Shown piece after piece: positions 1-9,335 of a stretch of 64,000 bases of DNA (position 1 is the first letter of the stretch; every line of letters starts with the position of its first letter). The notes below the pieces were generated by a model that did not search any database, was not told the origin of the DNA, and saw nothing but the letters and a program-made list of their open reading frames with translations. Source of the stretch: Candidatus Latescibacterota bacterium (lineage in GTDB: Bacteria > Latescibacterota > UBA2968 > GCA-2709665); assembly GCA_963667175.2 (NCBI GenBank), contig CAXXXF010000015.1, forward strand, positions 480,001 to 544,000, written 5' to 3'. Position numbers and translations under genes: made by a program.

Positions 1-61
1 GACCATTACAGTGGAACAACTCGCCGAGGAAGACGGGATCTTCAAGGTGACGCTCGCATGA
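1..61 (+). CDS. 3' end of upstream gene of the kinase operon (partial)
   Basis: Open frame TITVEQLAEEDGIFKVTLA* ends at TGA 59-61, overlapping the next ATG (ATGA coupling). Confidence 0.6.
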   Translation, partial: TITVEQLAEEDGIFKVTLA

Positions 62-708
62 AAATCCGGCTCAACAAGGCGCACTTTCCGGTGACAACGC
101 TGGGTTACGGGCGCCGGCTCGGGCTGTGGGTGCAGGGGTGCGGCATCGGATGCAAGGGCTGCGTGTCCCGCGACACGTGGGATCCCCGCGGCGGATGGGA
201 AGTCGACGTGACGGAGGTCCTCGCGTGGTGTGATTCGCGGCGAACGCTCGGCATCGACGGGATGACCATCAGCGGCGGCGAACCGTTCGAGCAGCCCGGG
301 GCGCTGAAACGGCTGCTTGAAGCGCTCGACGCGTGGCGGCAGGGGCTTGAACGACCGTTCGACGTACTTTGCTACAGCGGCCTGCCGCTTGCCAGAATCA
401 GGCGCCGCCACGCCGGCGCGCTCGCCTTTGTCGACGCGCTCATCCCGGAGCCCTACGTCGCCGGCCGCCCGGCGTCCGGTCCGTTGAAGGGTTCGAGCAA
501 CCAGCCTCTGGTTCCACTGACGGCGCTCGGCCGGACGCGCTACGGGGACGAGGCGCAACACGCAGGGGACGCGCCACGCATCCAGGTCAGCGTCGAGCGC
601 GGCGCCGCCTGGTTCATTGGCATCCCCGGGCCCGGCGATATGGAAAAACTGGAGGAATTTGCCCGGGCAAGGGGCGTGGTGATGGAGGACGTATCGTGGC
701 GCGCGTGA
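58..708 (+). CDS. Radical SAM / 4Fe-4S single-cluster protein (NrdG-like activase family)
   Basis: LGYGRRLGLWVQGCGIGCKGC (CxxxCxxC), GMTISGGEPFEQ and GSSNQ motifs. Confidence 0.85.
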   Translation: MKIRLNKAHFPVTTLGYGRRLGLWVQGCGIGCKGCVSRDTWDPRGGWEVDVTEVLAWCDSRRTLGIDGMTISGGEPFEQPGALKRLLEALDAWRQGLERPFDVLCYSGLPLARIRRRHAGALAFVDALIPEPYVAGRPASGPLKGSSNQPLVPLTALGRTRYGDEAQHAGDAPRIQVSVERGAAWFIGIPGPGDMEKLEEFARARGVVMEDVSWRA

Positions 709-1316
709 AAGTCTGCAGGTTGTGCGGGCAACACAGCGGCCCCGACGAATTGTTCTGCACGGCGGCCGACTGCGGCACGTCGCTGGCCGACGTGAGCGCC
801 GTCGACAGCAGCGAGATTGAGCGCATGGCCGCTGAAGCCGAGGCCGAGTCAGCCGACGGCGGCGGTGACGAAGGCCGCGACGTCCAAAGCGGCGCGGCCG
901 GAAACGGCGCGGCCGAGACCAGCGGCGCGGAAGGCCCCCAACCGGCCCCCGGCACGGCCGGACAAACGGTGCGAGACGTCCAGGCGGCGCCCTGCGCGCT
1001 GGTTTTCCCCTGGGGCCGCGTATCCATTGCCGGTCGATTGGGCGTGGGCCGCGACACGGGATTTTCTCAAATCAGCAGGCAATTGGACGCCTATCCGACG
1101 GTCTCCAGGCAACACGCCGTGGTCAGCGCGGCGCAGGGCCGATGGACGGTTCGGGACGAGGGCTCCACCAATGGGACCTACGTAAACGGCGCGCGGCTCG
1201 CGCAGGGCGAGACCAGGGCGATTCAAAACGGCGACCAGGTCGGTTTCTCGCGGGGATTGCAGGTTGGCGTCGAGATCGCGACAACGGGAGACGCGAGTGG
1301 CGCATCCGGACAATGA
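705..1316 (+). CDS. Zinc-ribbon + FHA domain protein
   Basis: GTG start overlaps upstream stop; N-terminal CRLC...C(TAAD)C; FHA motifs GR, SRQHA, DEGSTNGTYVNG. Confidence 0.9.
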   Translation: MKVCRLCGQHSGPDELFCTAADCGTSLADVSAVDSSEIERMAAEAEAESADGGGDEGRDVQSGAAGNGAAETSGAEGPQPAPGTAGQTVRDVQAAPCALVFPWGRVSIAGRLGVGRDTGFSQISRQLDAYPTVSRQHAVVSAAQGRWTVRDEGSTNGTYVNGARLAQGETRAIQNGDQVGFSRGLQVGVEIATTGDASGASGQ

Positions 1317-2079
1317 CGCTCGGGAAGACGGCAGGGCGACGCTGGAGGTCACGGCAATCACCCACCGGGGGCGCGTCCGCGCCCACAACGAAGACACGAT
1401 CGTCGTCGGCAACTGGATTTGCGGCGATTCCATGGACGAGCCGCGCCAGTTCGAACACGACGCCTCGCTGACGACGCTGTTGCTTGTCGCCGACGGCATG
1501 GGCGGTCACGTCGCCGGGCGGGAGGCGAGCCGGCGCGCGGCGCGAGCGATGGTCCGACTGCTTCCGGGCGATACCGGCGCGGGTGAGCCTGAAATTGCGG
1601 ACGCATTGCGGGCGGCCAACCGGGAGGTGTTTGACGCCGCCGCCGAGGATCCGGCGCTCAAGGGCATGGGCACGACCGTGGCCGGGCTGGTCGTGACGTC
1701 CGACCGGACGATCTGGTTCAACGTCGGCGACAGCCGGGTCTACAGCGTCAGGCAGGAGTTCCTGCGCCAGCTCAGCGTGGATGACGTCCCGGCCTGGCAG
1801 GGCGCCGGCGGTCACGTGATCACGCAGGCACTGGGCGGCGCGCACGCGTACGTCGAGGTCAATCCGCACGTCGGCGCCCTGACGACCGCACCCGGGCGAC
1901 GTTACCTGCTTTGCAGCGACGGCCTGACCGACGTCGTGCCGATGGATGCGATGGAGCGCGCCCTGGCGGACGACGACCTCAGCTTTGTCGGCGAACTCCT
2001 CGACGGCGCATTGGCCGCGGGGGGGCCGGACAACGTCTCGATCGTCGCGGCCCGAATTCGACGCGACGGCCAGGAATAG
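1297..2079 (+). CDS. PP2C-family Ser/Thr protein phosphatase
   Basis: GRVRAHNED, VADGMGGH, GTT, NVGDSRVY, LLCSDGL, GGPDNVS; GTG start after GGGAG. Confidence 0.93.
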   Translation: MAHPDNDAREDGRATLEVTAITHRGRVRAHNEDTIVVGNWICGDSMDEPRQFEHDASLTTLLLVADGMGGHVAGREASRRAARAMVRLLPGDTGAGEPEIADALRAANREVFDAAAEDPALKGMGTTVAGLVVTSDRTIWFNVGDSRVYSVRQEFLRQLSVDDVPAWQGAGGHVITQALGGAHAYVEVNPHVGALTTAPGRRYLLCSDGLTDVVPMDAMERALADDDLSFVGELLDGALAAGGPDNVSIVAARIRRDGQE

Positions 2080-2183
2080 CGTCGCAGGCGCCCGGAAGCC
2101 TGCGCGTGCCCGAAGTCGTGAACGCCCCAGGGTCGGGGACGTCCCGCGCGATCGAGTCGAACGGAGTCAGGAGTTGAACAGGT

Positions 2184-3788
2184 ATGAGCGCTCCTTACGT
2201 AAGTTACGAGGTCTGGATCAACGGTCTGCTGGCGGCCAGCCGGTTTGAGGCCCTCGCAAAACGCGCCCACGCGCTGTGTGCGGAGTTGAGCGAAATCGCG
2301 GAGCGTTGGCAGAAGGCCAGGGACCATTACGGCGAAGATTGCCCGGCCTGGTCCTATGGAGACACTGAGTTGCCGGCCTCCGTCCGCAATCTTCTTGCCG
2401 GCGGTGAACTCGCCGGGCGCGCGGCGAAAGTGGAAGAGACGCGATTTCGGGAGTATTCCAGTGAAGAGGCCGGATCGCGGGCTCTCTGGAACCAGATGGA
2501 AGTGGATTTGGGCGACCTGGAGAATGTCCTGAAAGAGGAGGGGGCTTCCCCCAAGCTGGCCGGGCGCGTGACGAAATTGATGAATGGTCCGAAGGTTTCC
2601 AGTGATTTTGCCGACCGTGTGGCCAAAGACCTGAAGGCGCAGGGGGTTTCCGGTGATCTTCCCGAGTATATAGCCGAAGTGCTGAAAGCGGGGGGTGGGC
2701 GGCGTTTGGCGAAAAAACTGGAATCAACGCGAATGGGGGACACGTTCGGGGCTACCGGCGGCGAGTTGGAAGCCGTCGCCCGTGACGTCAGTGAGTTGGA
2801 AGCCTTCGTCCGAGATCTTGCCGGACGCGTGGGGAAAGCCAAACGGGAGCACGCGCAATTCAACGTACGAAAATCGTTGCAGGCGACCGCACAGGAGGCG
2901 GCTACCCGTGCCGCGAGCCTGGAGGAGCGGAGAGAGAGAGAGGAAGCGGACAAGGCCGGGAGAGAGGAGCGCGAAAGGCGTCGTATTTCCGAACAGGTCT
3001 TCGGTCTGGTCGAGAGCCTGACGGCAGAGGTCTCGCCCCTGGACAGGACCGCCATCGCGCAACGGGCGCGGGAGGCGGTCGAATCGACGCAGGTTTCCCG
3101 TCGCCGGGCCCTGCTGACCCAGCTGCATCTCGACGTTCGGCGAGCCAACGAGGCGGGACGAGCGCGGCAACGCCGCGTCGATCAGGTGGAGCAATGGCGC
3201 CAGCGACTCATGGGGCTTGAAGGGCCGGAGGTCGAAGAACTGGACGAAACGCTTCGGCGAGTTGTCGACGAGGAGGGGCCGCTGCCGCAAGACGCGGCGC
3301 AAAGGGTCGAGAGCGTCGTCGCCCGGGCGACCGAGGCCGCCAATCGCGCTTATGCGTTGGGCGTCATATCGGAGGAACTGGAGAACCTGGGATACGTCGT
3401 GGAAGCCGACTTTGAAACGGCCTCGGAACAGGCGCCGGAAATGCTGCTTCGCAAGCCGGACATGGAAGACGATTACCTCGTGTCGTTGCGAGCCGAGGCG
3501 GCCGGGCTGCGCAACCGCGTGGTTCGCGAGGCCGACGATCCCGGCGAACGAAGCGCGGGTCGCGAGCGGACGGATCAGGAAACGGAACGCGCCTGGTGCG
3601 AGGACCTCGCCGCGGCCCTGGCCGCGGCGGAGCATAAAGGGGTTCGCGGGCGAGCCGTAGAACGCATGGAACCCGGCGCGGCGCCCGTCCCGACCATTGC
3701 CCCATTGAAGGGCAAACCCAGGTCCACGCGCAGGAGCAGGCGCAGGCGTGAGCGGACCGGTCGACAGGAGTCGCGGGTCCGTCGTTGA
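2184..3788 (+). CDS. Large coiled-coil hypothetical protein
   Basis: 534-aa E/R/A-rich helical ORF, AGGAG RBS, lies between PP2C and kinase. Confidence 0.75.
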   Translation: MSAPYVSYEVWINGLLAASRFEALAKRAHALCAELSEIAERWQKARDHYGEDCPAWSYGDTELPASVRNLLAGGELAGRAAKVEETRFREYSSEEAGSRALWNQMEVDLGDLENVLKEEGASPKLAGRVTKLMNGPKVSSDFADRVAKDLKAQGVSGDLPEYIAEVLKAGGGRRLAKKLESTRMGDTFGATGGELEAVARDVSELEAFVRDLAGRVGKAKREHAQFNVRKSLQATAQEAATRAASLEERREREEADKAGREERERRRISEQVFGLVESLTAEVSPLDRTAIAQRAREAVESTQVSRRRALLTQLHLDVRRANEAGRARQRRVDQVEQWRQRLMGLEGPEVEELDETLRRVVDEEGPLPQDAAQRVESVVARATEAANRAYALGVISEELENLGYVVEADFETASEQAPEMLLRKPDMEDDYLVSLRAEAAGLRNRVVREADDPGERSAGRERTDQETERAWCEDLAAALAAAEHKGVRGRAVERMEPGAAPVPTIAPLKGKPRSTRRSRRRRERTGRQESRVRR

Positions 3789-3814
3789 ACTCCTTACATG
3801 GCAAGGAGACGCCA

Positions 3815-5830
3815 TTGCAACAAGGCGGGACCACCGTCCGCGAAGGCGGGACCACCGTCCGTGAAAGCGGGACCACCGTCCGCGAAGGCGGGACCACCGT
3901 CCGCGAAGCGCCCGCGTCTCCGTCCGCCGCCCCCGCGCAGGACACGCAGGCGCCCGGATGGCTGCCCGGCGACCTGGCGGCCGACTACCGCGTGATCGAG
4001 TCCCTGCCCGCGCGAGGCGCCGAAGCCGACCTCTACGTCGTCGAGCCGCTCGACGCCGAGGATGACACCCGGCGCGTGGCCAAGATTTACCGCGAGGGCA
4101 TGGCGCCCAAGGAGGACGTGCTCAGCCTCGTGAAACAGGCCGAGCCGGCCCACGTCGTCCGGCTCGAAGCCTACGGGCAGGACGCCGGCGCCGGCCGGTG
4201 GTGGGAACTGATGGAGTACGTCGAGCGGGACAGCTTGCGCCAGCTCCTCGATCGAGAAGGACCGAAGCTCTCCGAAGACCTGATACGCGACATTCTCCGG
4301 GAACTCAACGACGCGCTGACGGACTTGCACCGGCTGCAGCTGGAACATCGTGACCTGAAGCCAGACAACGTCCTGGTGCGCAGCCTCACGCCGCTCGATC
4401 TGGTGATGAGCGACTTTGGCATCGCCTCGGTCGTGGAAGGGCCGAGGCACTATACCGAAAGGATGCAGACGGTGATGTATGCGCCGCCCGAGGCCTTCGC
4501 CAGCAAGGCGGTGGTTGAGCACACCAAGTGGGACTACTGGTCGCTGGGGATGATGCTCGTCGAAATGCTGGAGAAGCATCCCTTCAAGGACGTGGAAGAC
4601 CAGGCGACCAGCTTCCGAATCATCAGTGATGACGTTAATGATCTGACCCGGGAAATCTCCGATCCGGCCTGGCGGATGCTGTGCCGGGGGTTGCTGCGGC
4701 GCACGCCGGAGGCTCGTTGGAACGCCGAGGAGGTGTCGAAGTGGCTTGCCGATCCGAACGATCCGGGCCTACGCGTGGCCGAAGAGGCGTCCGGGTCTCC
4801 GCCCGTTGCCGAGCCGTTGCCGGCCACGATCGACTTCGACGGCGCCAGCTACGCCACAACGGCGGAACTGGGCGCCGCCCTGGCCGAGGACTGGGGCAAG
4901 GCCGAGTCGTACTGGATGCGCCGGTACCGGGACGTGCGCGACTGGGTGACCGACGGGCTTGGGCTGACGCCCCTCGGCGACGCCCTGGCGGACATCGACG
5001 ACAGCGGCATGCCCCTCGATTTCCAGGTATTCAACTTCATCTATCACCTGGCGCCCGAAGCGCCGTTGCGCTTCCGCGACGAGCGCCTGACCATGGAGGG
5101 CCTCGCCGCGCTTTGCCGGCGGGCGGCGGTTCAGGAAGACGCCGACGCCCGCGAAACGTTGCTGAGGCTGTATCGGCATGGCATTCTGCTACTGGCCGGT
5201 TCGCTGCCGGACGGGGAAGCCCTGGCCGACGTGGCGCAGCGGTGGGTAGACGCCGTCGACGACTATGAACGCCGGCGATCCCGGTTCTTGGAGCAAGGCA
5301 TCGACGTGCCCGACGCGGACGACGACGTGATCGTCCTTCTGCTGGCGGGAAGCCTGCCCGTGCCCGAGGTCGTGGACGCCCTCAGGGCCCAGGCCCGCCG
5401 CGCCCGCACCGCGGACGCGCGCAGGTGCCTCTGGTTCAAAGAGCTGGGCGCCCCCGAGGAGATGGCGGTCCCCGTGCTGGCCGTGCTTCCCCATCTTCAG
5501 GCCCCGGCCGGGCGAGAGGGCAGAATCATTCGATGGCGGCCCCTCCGCGGTTGCATCGGGGGCCTCATCGTCGGCGGCCTGTGGGGGTGGCAGGTGCAAT
5601 GGGCGATGGAGCGACGCGGAGATTTCGGGATCCACAGTTTCGGAGGCTTCTTTGACCTCTGGGAGGGCGTGATATTGCTGGCATTGGTGGTCAAAGCCTT
5701 TCGCGTGGCCCTTGCCTGGTACCTCGAAGGTTGGAAAGGCGCGCGGCAGGCCTGGCGCAGGAGAGGCGTGGTGAGGAGGGGAGCAGCGCGGATCCATGAA
5801 CTGTTGACGTATCAAAGTGGCGGTGAGTAA
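3815..5830 (+). CDS. Ser/Thr protein kinase with N-terminal repeats and C-terminal membrane segments
   Basis: VAKIY, HRDLKPDN, DFG, YAPPE, DYWSLG; AAGGAG RBS before TTG 3815 (ORF open from 3785). Confidence 0.92.
   Translation: MQQGGTTVREGGTTVRESGTTVREGGTTVREAPASPSAAPAQDTQAPGWLPGDLAADYRVIESLPARGAEADLYVVEPLDAEDDTRRVAKIYREGMAPKEDVLSLVKQAEPAHVVRLEAYGQDAGAGRWWELMEYVERDSLRQLLDREGPKLSEDLIRDILRELNDALTDLHRLQLEHRDLKPDNVLVRSLTPLDLVMSDFGIASVVEGPRHYTERMQTVMYAPPEAFASKAVVEHTKWDYWSLGMMLVEMLEKHPFKDVEDQATSFRIISDDVNDLTREISDPAWRMLCRGLLRRTPEARWNAEEVSKWLADPNDPGLRVAEEASGSPPVAEPLPATIDFDGASYATTAELGAALAEDWGKAESYWMRRYRDVRDWVTDGLGLTPLGDALADIDDSGMPLDFQVFNFIYHLAPEAPLRFRDERLTMEGLAALCRRAAVQEDADARETLLRLYRHGILLLAGSLPDGEALADVAQRWVDAVDDYERRRSRFLEQGIDVPDADDDVIVLLLAGSLPVPEVVDALRAQARRARTADARRCLWFKELGAPEEMAVPVLAVLPHLQAPAGREGRIIRWRPLRGCIGGLIVGGLWGWQVQWAMERRGDFGIHSFGGFFDLWEGVILLALVVKAFRVALAWYLEGWKGARQAWRRRGVVRRGAARIHELLTYQSGGE
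3824..3907 (+). repeat. 4 x 21-bp in-frame tandem repeat encoding (G/S)GTTVRE
   Basis: GGCGGGACCACCGTCCGCGAA four times with two single-base variants. Confidence 0.97.
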
Positions 5831-6216
5831 TGCATTACCTGATCATTGCCGTATTGGTGCTGGCGCTGCTGGCCGTGATATTGGTCCTCACGAGCGTGTT
5901 GGGATTCGTGGCAGCCGGAGTCACCGTTCCATCCGTTTTCGCAATGATCCTGCTTGGCCTTGTGGGGCTGACCGATCCCACGTGGCCGCATGCTCTCCTG
6001 GGCGCCGCCGTCGGCGCCTGTGCTCACCTCGCGCACCCGTACTTCCGAAAGGCCCGCCGATGGCCGTTCACAGAGGCGGTGGTCCGGCTCCGGACGCGCC
6101 TGACTGGCCGGTGGTGGGGCTATGCGATCCTGATTCTATTGTTGCTCATCATGGCGAGGCTGGCGATGGCGCTGTTGGTCGTTGCGATGTCTCTTCAGGA
6201 GCTTCTGCTCACGTAG
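5830..6216 (+). CDS. Small multi-TM membrane protein
   Basis: Hydrophobic 128-aa ORF coupled to the kinase stop (TAATG). Confidence 0.75.
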   Translation: MHYLIIAVLVLALLAVILVLTSVLGFVAAGVTVPSVFAMILLGLVGLTDPTWPHALLGAAVGACAHLAHPYFRKARRWPFTEAVVRLRTRLTGRWWGYAILILLLLIMARLAMALLVVAMSLQELLLT

Positions 6217-6309
6217 TGGAGATTTGCCGGGCTTTCCCGCGTTCCATCCTGATCTCCAGCCATTGCCCTCCCCTGCTGTTCCGTCCCAAAAATACCTTTC
6301 CATTCTACC

Positions 6310-6344
6310 GCCTGCCTGCGCGGGGCCCTGCGCTGCAGGCAGGC
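6310..6344. repeat. GCCTGCCTGC...GCAGGCAGGC REP-like hairpin
   Basis: 10-bp inverted repeat; same family at 24476-24505 and 24536-24556. Confidence 0.65.
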
Positions 6345-6437
6345 CGATTCATCCCGTCTCGCAACGTTGCGCGCCACCTCGAAGGCCGCCGGGTTGCGGA
6401 CCTCCTGCTGATCTCCACGGCGGCGGCCATCCTTTAG

Positions 6438-6490
6438 CAGCCCGTTGAAAAAGTCCATCCGGGCTGCGGAGCGACTTTTTCAACGGACTG
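6438..6490. mobile_element. 53-bp internally deleted MITE (same family as 24448-24654)
   Basis: TIRs CAGCCCGTTGAAAAAGTC / GACTTTTTCAACGGACTG; flanks TTAG and TCAG. Confidence 0.8.
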
Positions 6491-6894
6491 TCAGGCGCGG
6501 GCTATGGTTGCAAAACGCGCCGTACGTTGCAACATGCAACCCATTTGAGGTGGCGCGCGCCAAACTTCCCCATCGGTCTCCCGATAAACGTCCACTTCTA
6601 TTGATTTCTCAACCGCGCAATCGATCGCCGATATCCCAAGCCCGACGTATTGCGCAACACGCCCTCTGCGTGCGAACCCATCGTAACCGTTCTAACCGTT
6701 CCATATTCGACAATTTACCCGTTTTCTCAAAGATCGGCACGGTTTTTGTATGTATTCGAGAGTCCTCGATCCGGCCGTATGGCGCGAGGTGACACGCTTC
6801 CGGACGGGCGCCGTGCGGTCAGCCCTCATGGAAACCCGTGCGTACGCCGCACGCTTTCCAATTGGCAGACGACGTCGTCCATGGGAGGGAAACC

Positions 6895-7599
6895 ATGCCG
6901 TCTTCCGAAAACGGACTCGCACGCCAGATCGCGAAGTTGTTCAAGGAGTTGGTGGAACGGGAATTGATAAGCATCGAACGGACTACGGACCGGCGAAAAC
7001 GGGAACTGCGCCGAAAAATCGAAGCGAGGGAAACGGAATTGGAAGACGATGGTGGACTGGAGGCCCTGTTCGAACGGTACAAAGCCGACCTGTCGGAGAC
7101 GGAGCGGCCGGAGAGTCGGGTGCAGGAACGCCGCCTGTATACCAATTGGGAAGGCAGGCTCAGGTGGGAACTGGGCCGGTGGAGAATGAAGCTGACTGAA
7201 CTGGAAGACCGTTCCAGCGACCCTCAGTCAACGTTGACGAGCGCGCGAAAAAGGGTCATGCGCGTGCTGCTGCGTGAGACCCTGGTCGCGGTCGATCCGG
7301 GAATCAACCATGGACCGGATTCGGGTGAAGATGCGTTTGACAGCCTCGAGGACTGTCTCATTCCGGTTATCCGTCACATGAAGGAAGGAAAAAGCCACTC
7401 CGAAGCACTCCGCCTGGTTGCCGAAAAACTGGGAATCCGAAAAACGACGGTTGCCTCTCGATGTACCGGAGGTCTGGACCTGACAACCGAACAGTTCGTA
7501 ACAAACGTTAGCAACGGGCGTATCGTCCAAATCGTGAAGAAAAAATACCCCCGACAGATCGAGCTGATCTGCCGCAAATTGGCGCCGCTATATCGGTAG
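6895..7599 (+). CDS. Hypothetical protein, possible C-terminal HTH
   Basis: GGGAGGG RBS + ATG; SEALRLVAEKLGIRKTTVASRC resembles an HTH. Confidence 0.6.
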   Translation: MPSSENGLARQIAKLFKELVERELISIERTTDRRKRELRRKIEARETELEDDGGLEALFERYKADLSETERPESRVQERRLYTNWEGRLRWELGRWRMKLTELEDRSSDPQSTLTSARKRVMRVLLRETLVAVDPGINHGPDSGEDAFDSLEDCLIPVIRHMKEGKSHSEALRLVAEKLGIRKTTVASRCTGGLDLTTEQFVTNVSNGRIVQIVKKKYPRQIELICRKLAPLYR

Positions 7600-7718
7600 T
7601 GCCCGCGGATACGTACCGGACTCGAATCGCGAGCGGACCCCTGCAATTCCGCGCGCATCCTCACCCATCCGTCAGTTATGGTCGCCCGGAGCGATTCAGA
7701 GGGATTGAGGCGCCGGCG

Positions 7719-9161
7719 CTACTTCTTCAAGACCTCCAATCCGAACCGTTCCGAAGTCTCGAGCGTCTCCCTCACGTAGTCCCAGGTGGTGTTGTGGTTG
7801 AGGATGCACATCCTCAGCGAAAACGTCCCGTGCAGAAGCGTCGACGAAAAGAACGCCCGATCTTCCCAGAACACGCGCGCAAGCACCTTCCTGTTGATCT
7901 CTTCCAGTGCCGCTTCATCCAGTTCCTCGTTGGGAGGATTCACGCGAAAACAAACCACGCCCAGCGACACGGGCGTCAGAAGTTCAAGGTTTGGACTCCT
8001 CTCCACGTACTCCCCGGCCTGCAGGGCCAGCTCCATCCCCTTCGACACCGCGCGCCGGAACGCCGCCAGCCCAAACGTCTGCACCGACATCCAGATCTTC
8101 AGAGCGCGCATCGACCGGCTCAGCTGCAGGCCCCGGTCGGAGACGTTCGGATGGTTCGCGCCCCACACCGTATCCTGCAGGATATCAGAATGCACTGCGA
8201 AAGCGCGCTCGAGCGTACCCGCGTCCTTGACCAGAAGGCCTCCTGCCTCGTACGGCTGGAAGAACCACTTGTGTGCGTCCAGACCCACCGAGTCGGCGCG
8301 TGAGATCCCGCGGAGCAGCTTTTTGCCGCGTTCCGTCACCGCCGCGAAGCCGCCATAGGCCGCATCCACGTGAAGCCAGATCCCTTCCGCCGCGCAGAAA
8401 TCCGCCATCGCCTCCAGCGGGTCAATCGCCCCGGTGCTGCTGGTCCCCGCGTTGGCGCAGACCGCGATGGGGTTGAACCCCGCCGCGCGATCCTCGGCCA
8501 CCGAGCGCGCCAGCGCGTCAACGTCCAACCGGAACCGCTCGTCGCTGGGAATCATGCGAATACATTCCGGGCGCACGCCCACGATCCTTGCCGCGCGGAC
8601 GTGGGCGCTGTGGCTCCGGTCGCTCATGTAGACGGTCGCGCGCTCGGGATGGCCCGCGGCTTCGCGCGCCGCGACGAACGCGTCTACGCTTGCGGCCGAA
8701 CCCCCGCTCGTGAGCAGTCCGCCCGCGCCGTCGGGATAGCCGATCCAGCGTCGCAGCCAGTCAACAACAACCAGTTCAAGCTGGCTGGGACCGCTGGCAA
8801 CCAGCCAGGTGCACGCGTTGATATTGTACCCCGCCGCCAGAAAATCGGCCACCACGCCCGGCCACGTGGGCGACGAGGGGATGAATCCGAAGGCTCTCGG
8901 ATGGTCGAGCCGAGCCGCGAATGGCAGGATCTCCTTCGCGGCCTGTTCCACTACCTCCCCGGCAGGCCTCCCCTCCTCCGGGGGCGCCTTCATCAACCGG
9001 TCGCTGAGTTCGCGCCGAAACTCGCCGTCCCATGCGCCTTCATCGAGCAGTTTCTCGGTCCGCGCAACCAGGAGTTCGGCAGCTCTACGCGCCAGTTCGA
9101 GCATCGCTTCCGGGGACATACTGAGGTCGCCACAGCCCTTCCCGGCTGGCTGACATTCCAT
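7719..9161 (-). CDS. Group II PLP-dependent decarboxylase (aromatic amino acid/glutamate decarboxylase family)
   Basis: HPRAFGFIP, TSGGS, GAIDPL, WLHVDAAYGG, DAHKW (PLP lysine); start uncertain. Confidence 0.9.
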   Translation of the reverse strand: MECQPAGKGCGDLSMSPEAMLELARRAAELLVARTEKLLDEGAWDGEFRRELSDRLMKAPPEEGRPAGEVVEQAAKEILPFAARLDHPRAFGFIPSSPTWPGVVADFLAAGYNINACTWLVASGPSQLELVVVDWLRRWIGYPDGAGGLLTSGGSAASVDAFVAAREAAGHPERATVYMSDRSHSAHVRAARIVGVRPECIRMIPSDERFRLDVDALARSVAEDRAAGFNPIAVCANAGTSSTGAIDPLEAMADFCAAEGIWLHVDAAYGGFAAVTERGKKLLRGISRADSVGLDAHKWFFQPYEAGGLLVKDAGTLERAFAVHSDILQDTVWGANHPNVSDRGLQLSRSMRALKIWMSVQTFGLAAFRRAVSKGMELALQAGEYVERSPNLELLTPVSLGVVCFRVNPPNEELDEAALEEINRKVLARVFWEDRAFFSSTLLHGTFSLRMCILNHNTTWDYVRETLETSERFGLEVLKK

Positions 9162-9335
9162 TTGTTCTCTATCCCTCGCGGAATCAGACAAGAATGTCAC
9201 CTTTTCGTCCTGTGCCCCTGCAACGCCAGGACCGCAAACATTGCTGCCGAACGGTCGTTAACGAAAGCGTACAACTTGCCGGGACATTGGCCAAATACCG
9301 CACCACGATAAGTTCATTTATTTGCACGAAATGAA

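Noticed and set aside
369-704. Extended N-terminus of the FHA ORF
   Set aside because: It overlaps the radical SAM gene; the coupled GTG at 705 directly precedes the zinc ribbon.
3824-3907. Possible CRISPR array
   Set aside because: Repeats are contiguous with no spacers, in frame within the kinase, and no cas genes are present.
1-6216. TerY-P defence triad
   Set aside because: No vWA (TerY) gene is visible in the window and the other components differ.
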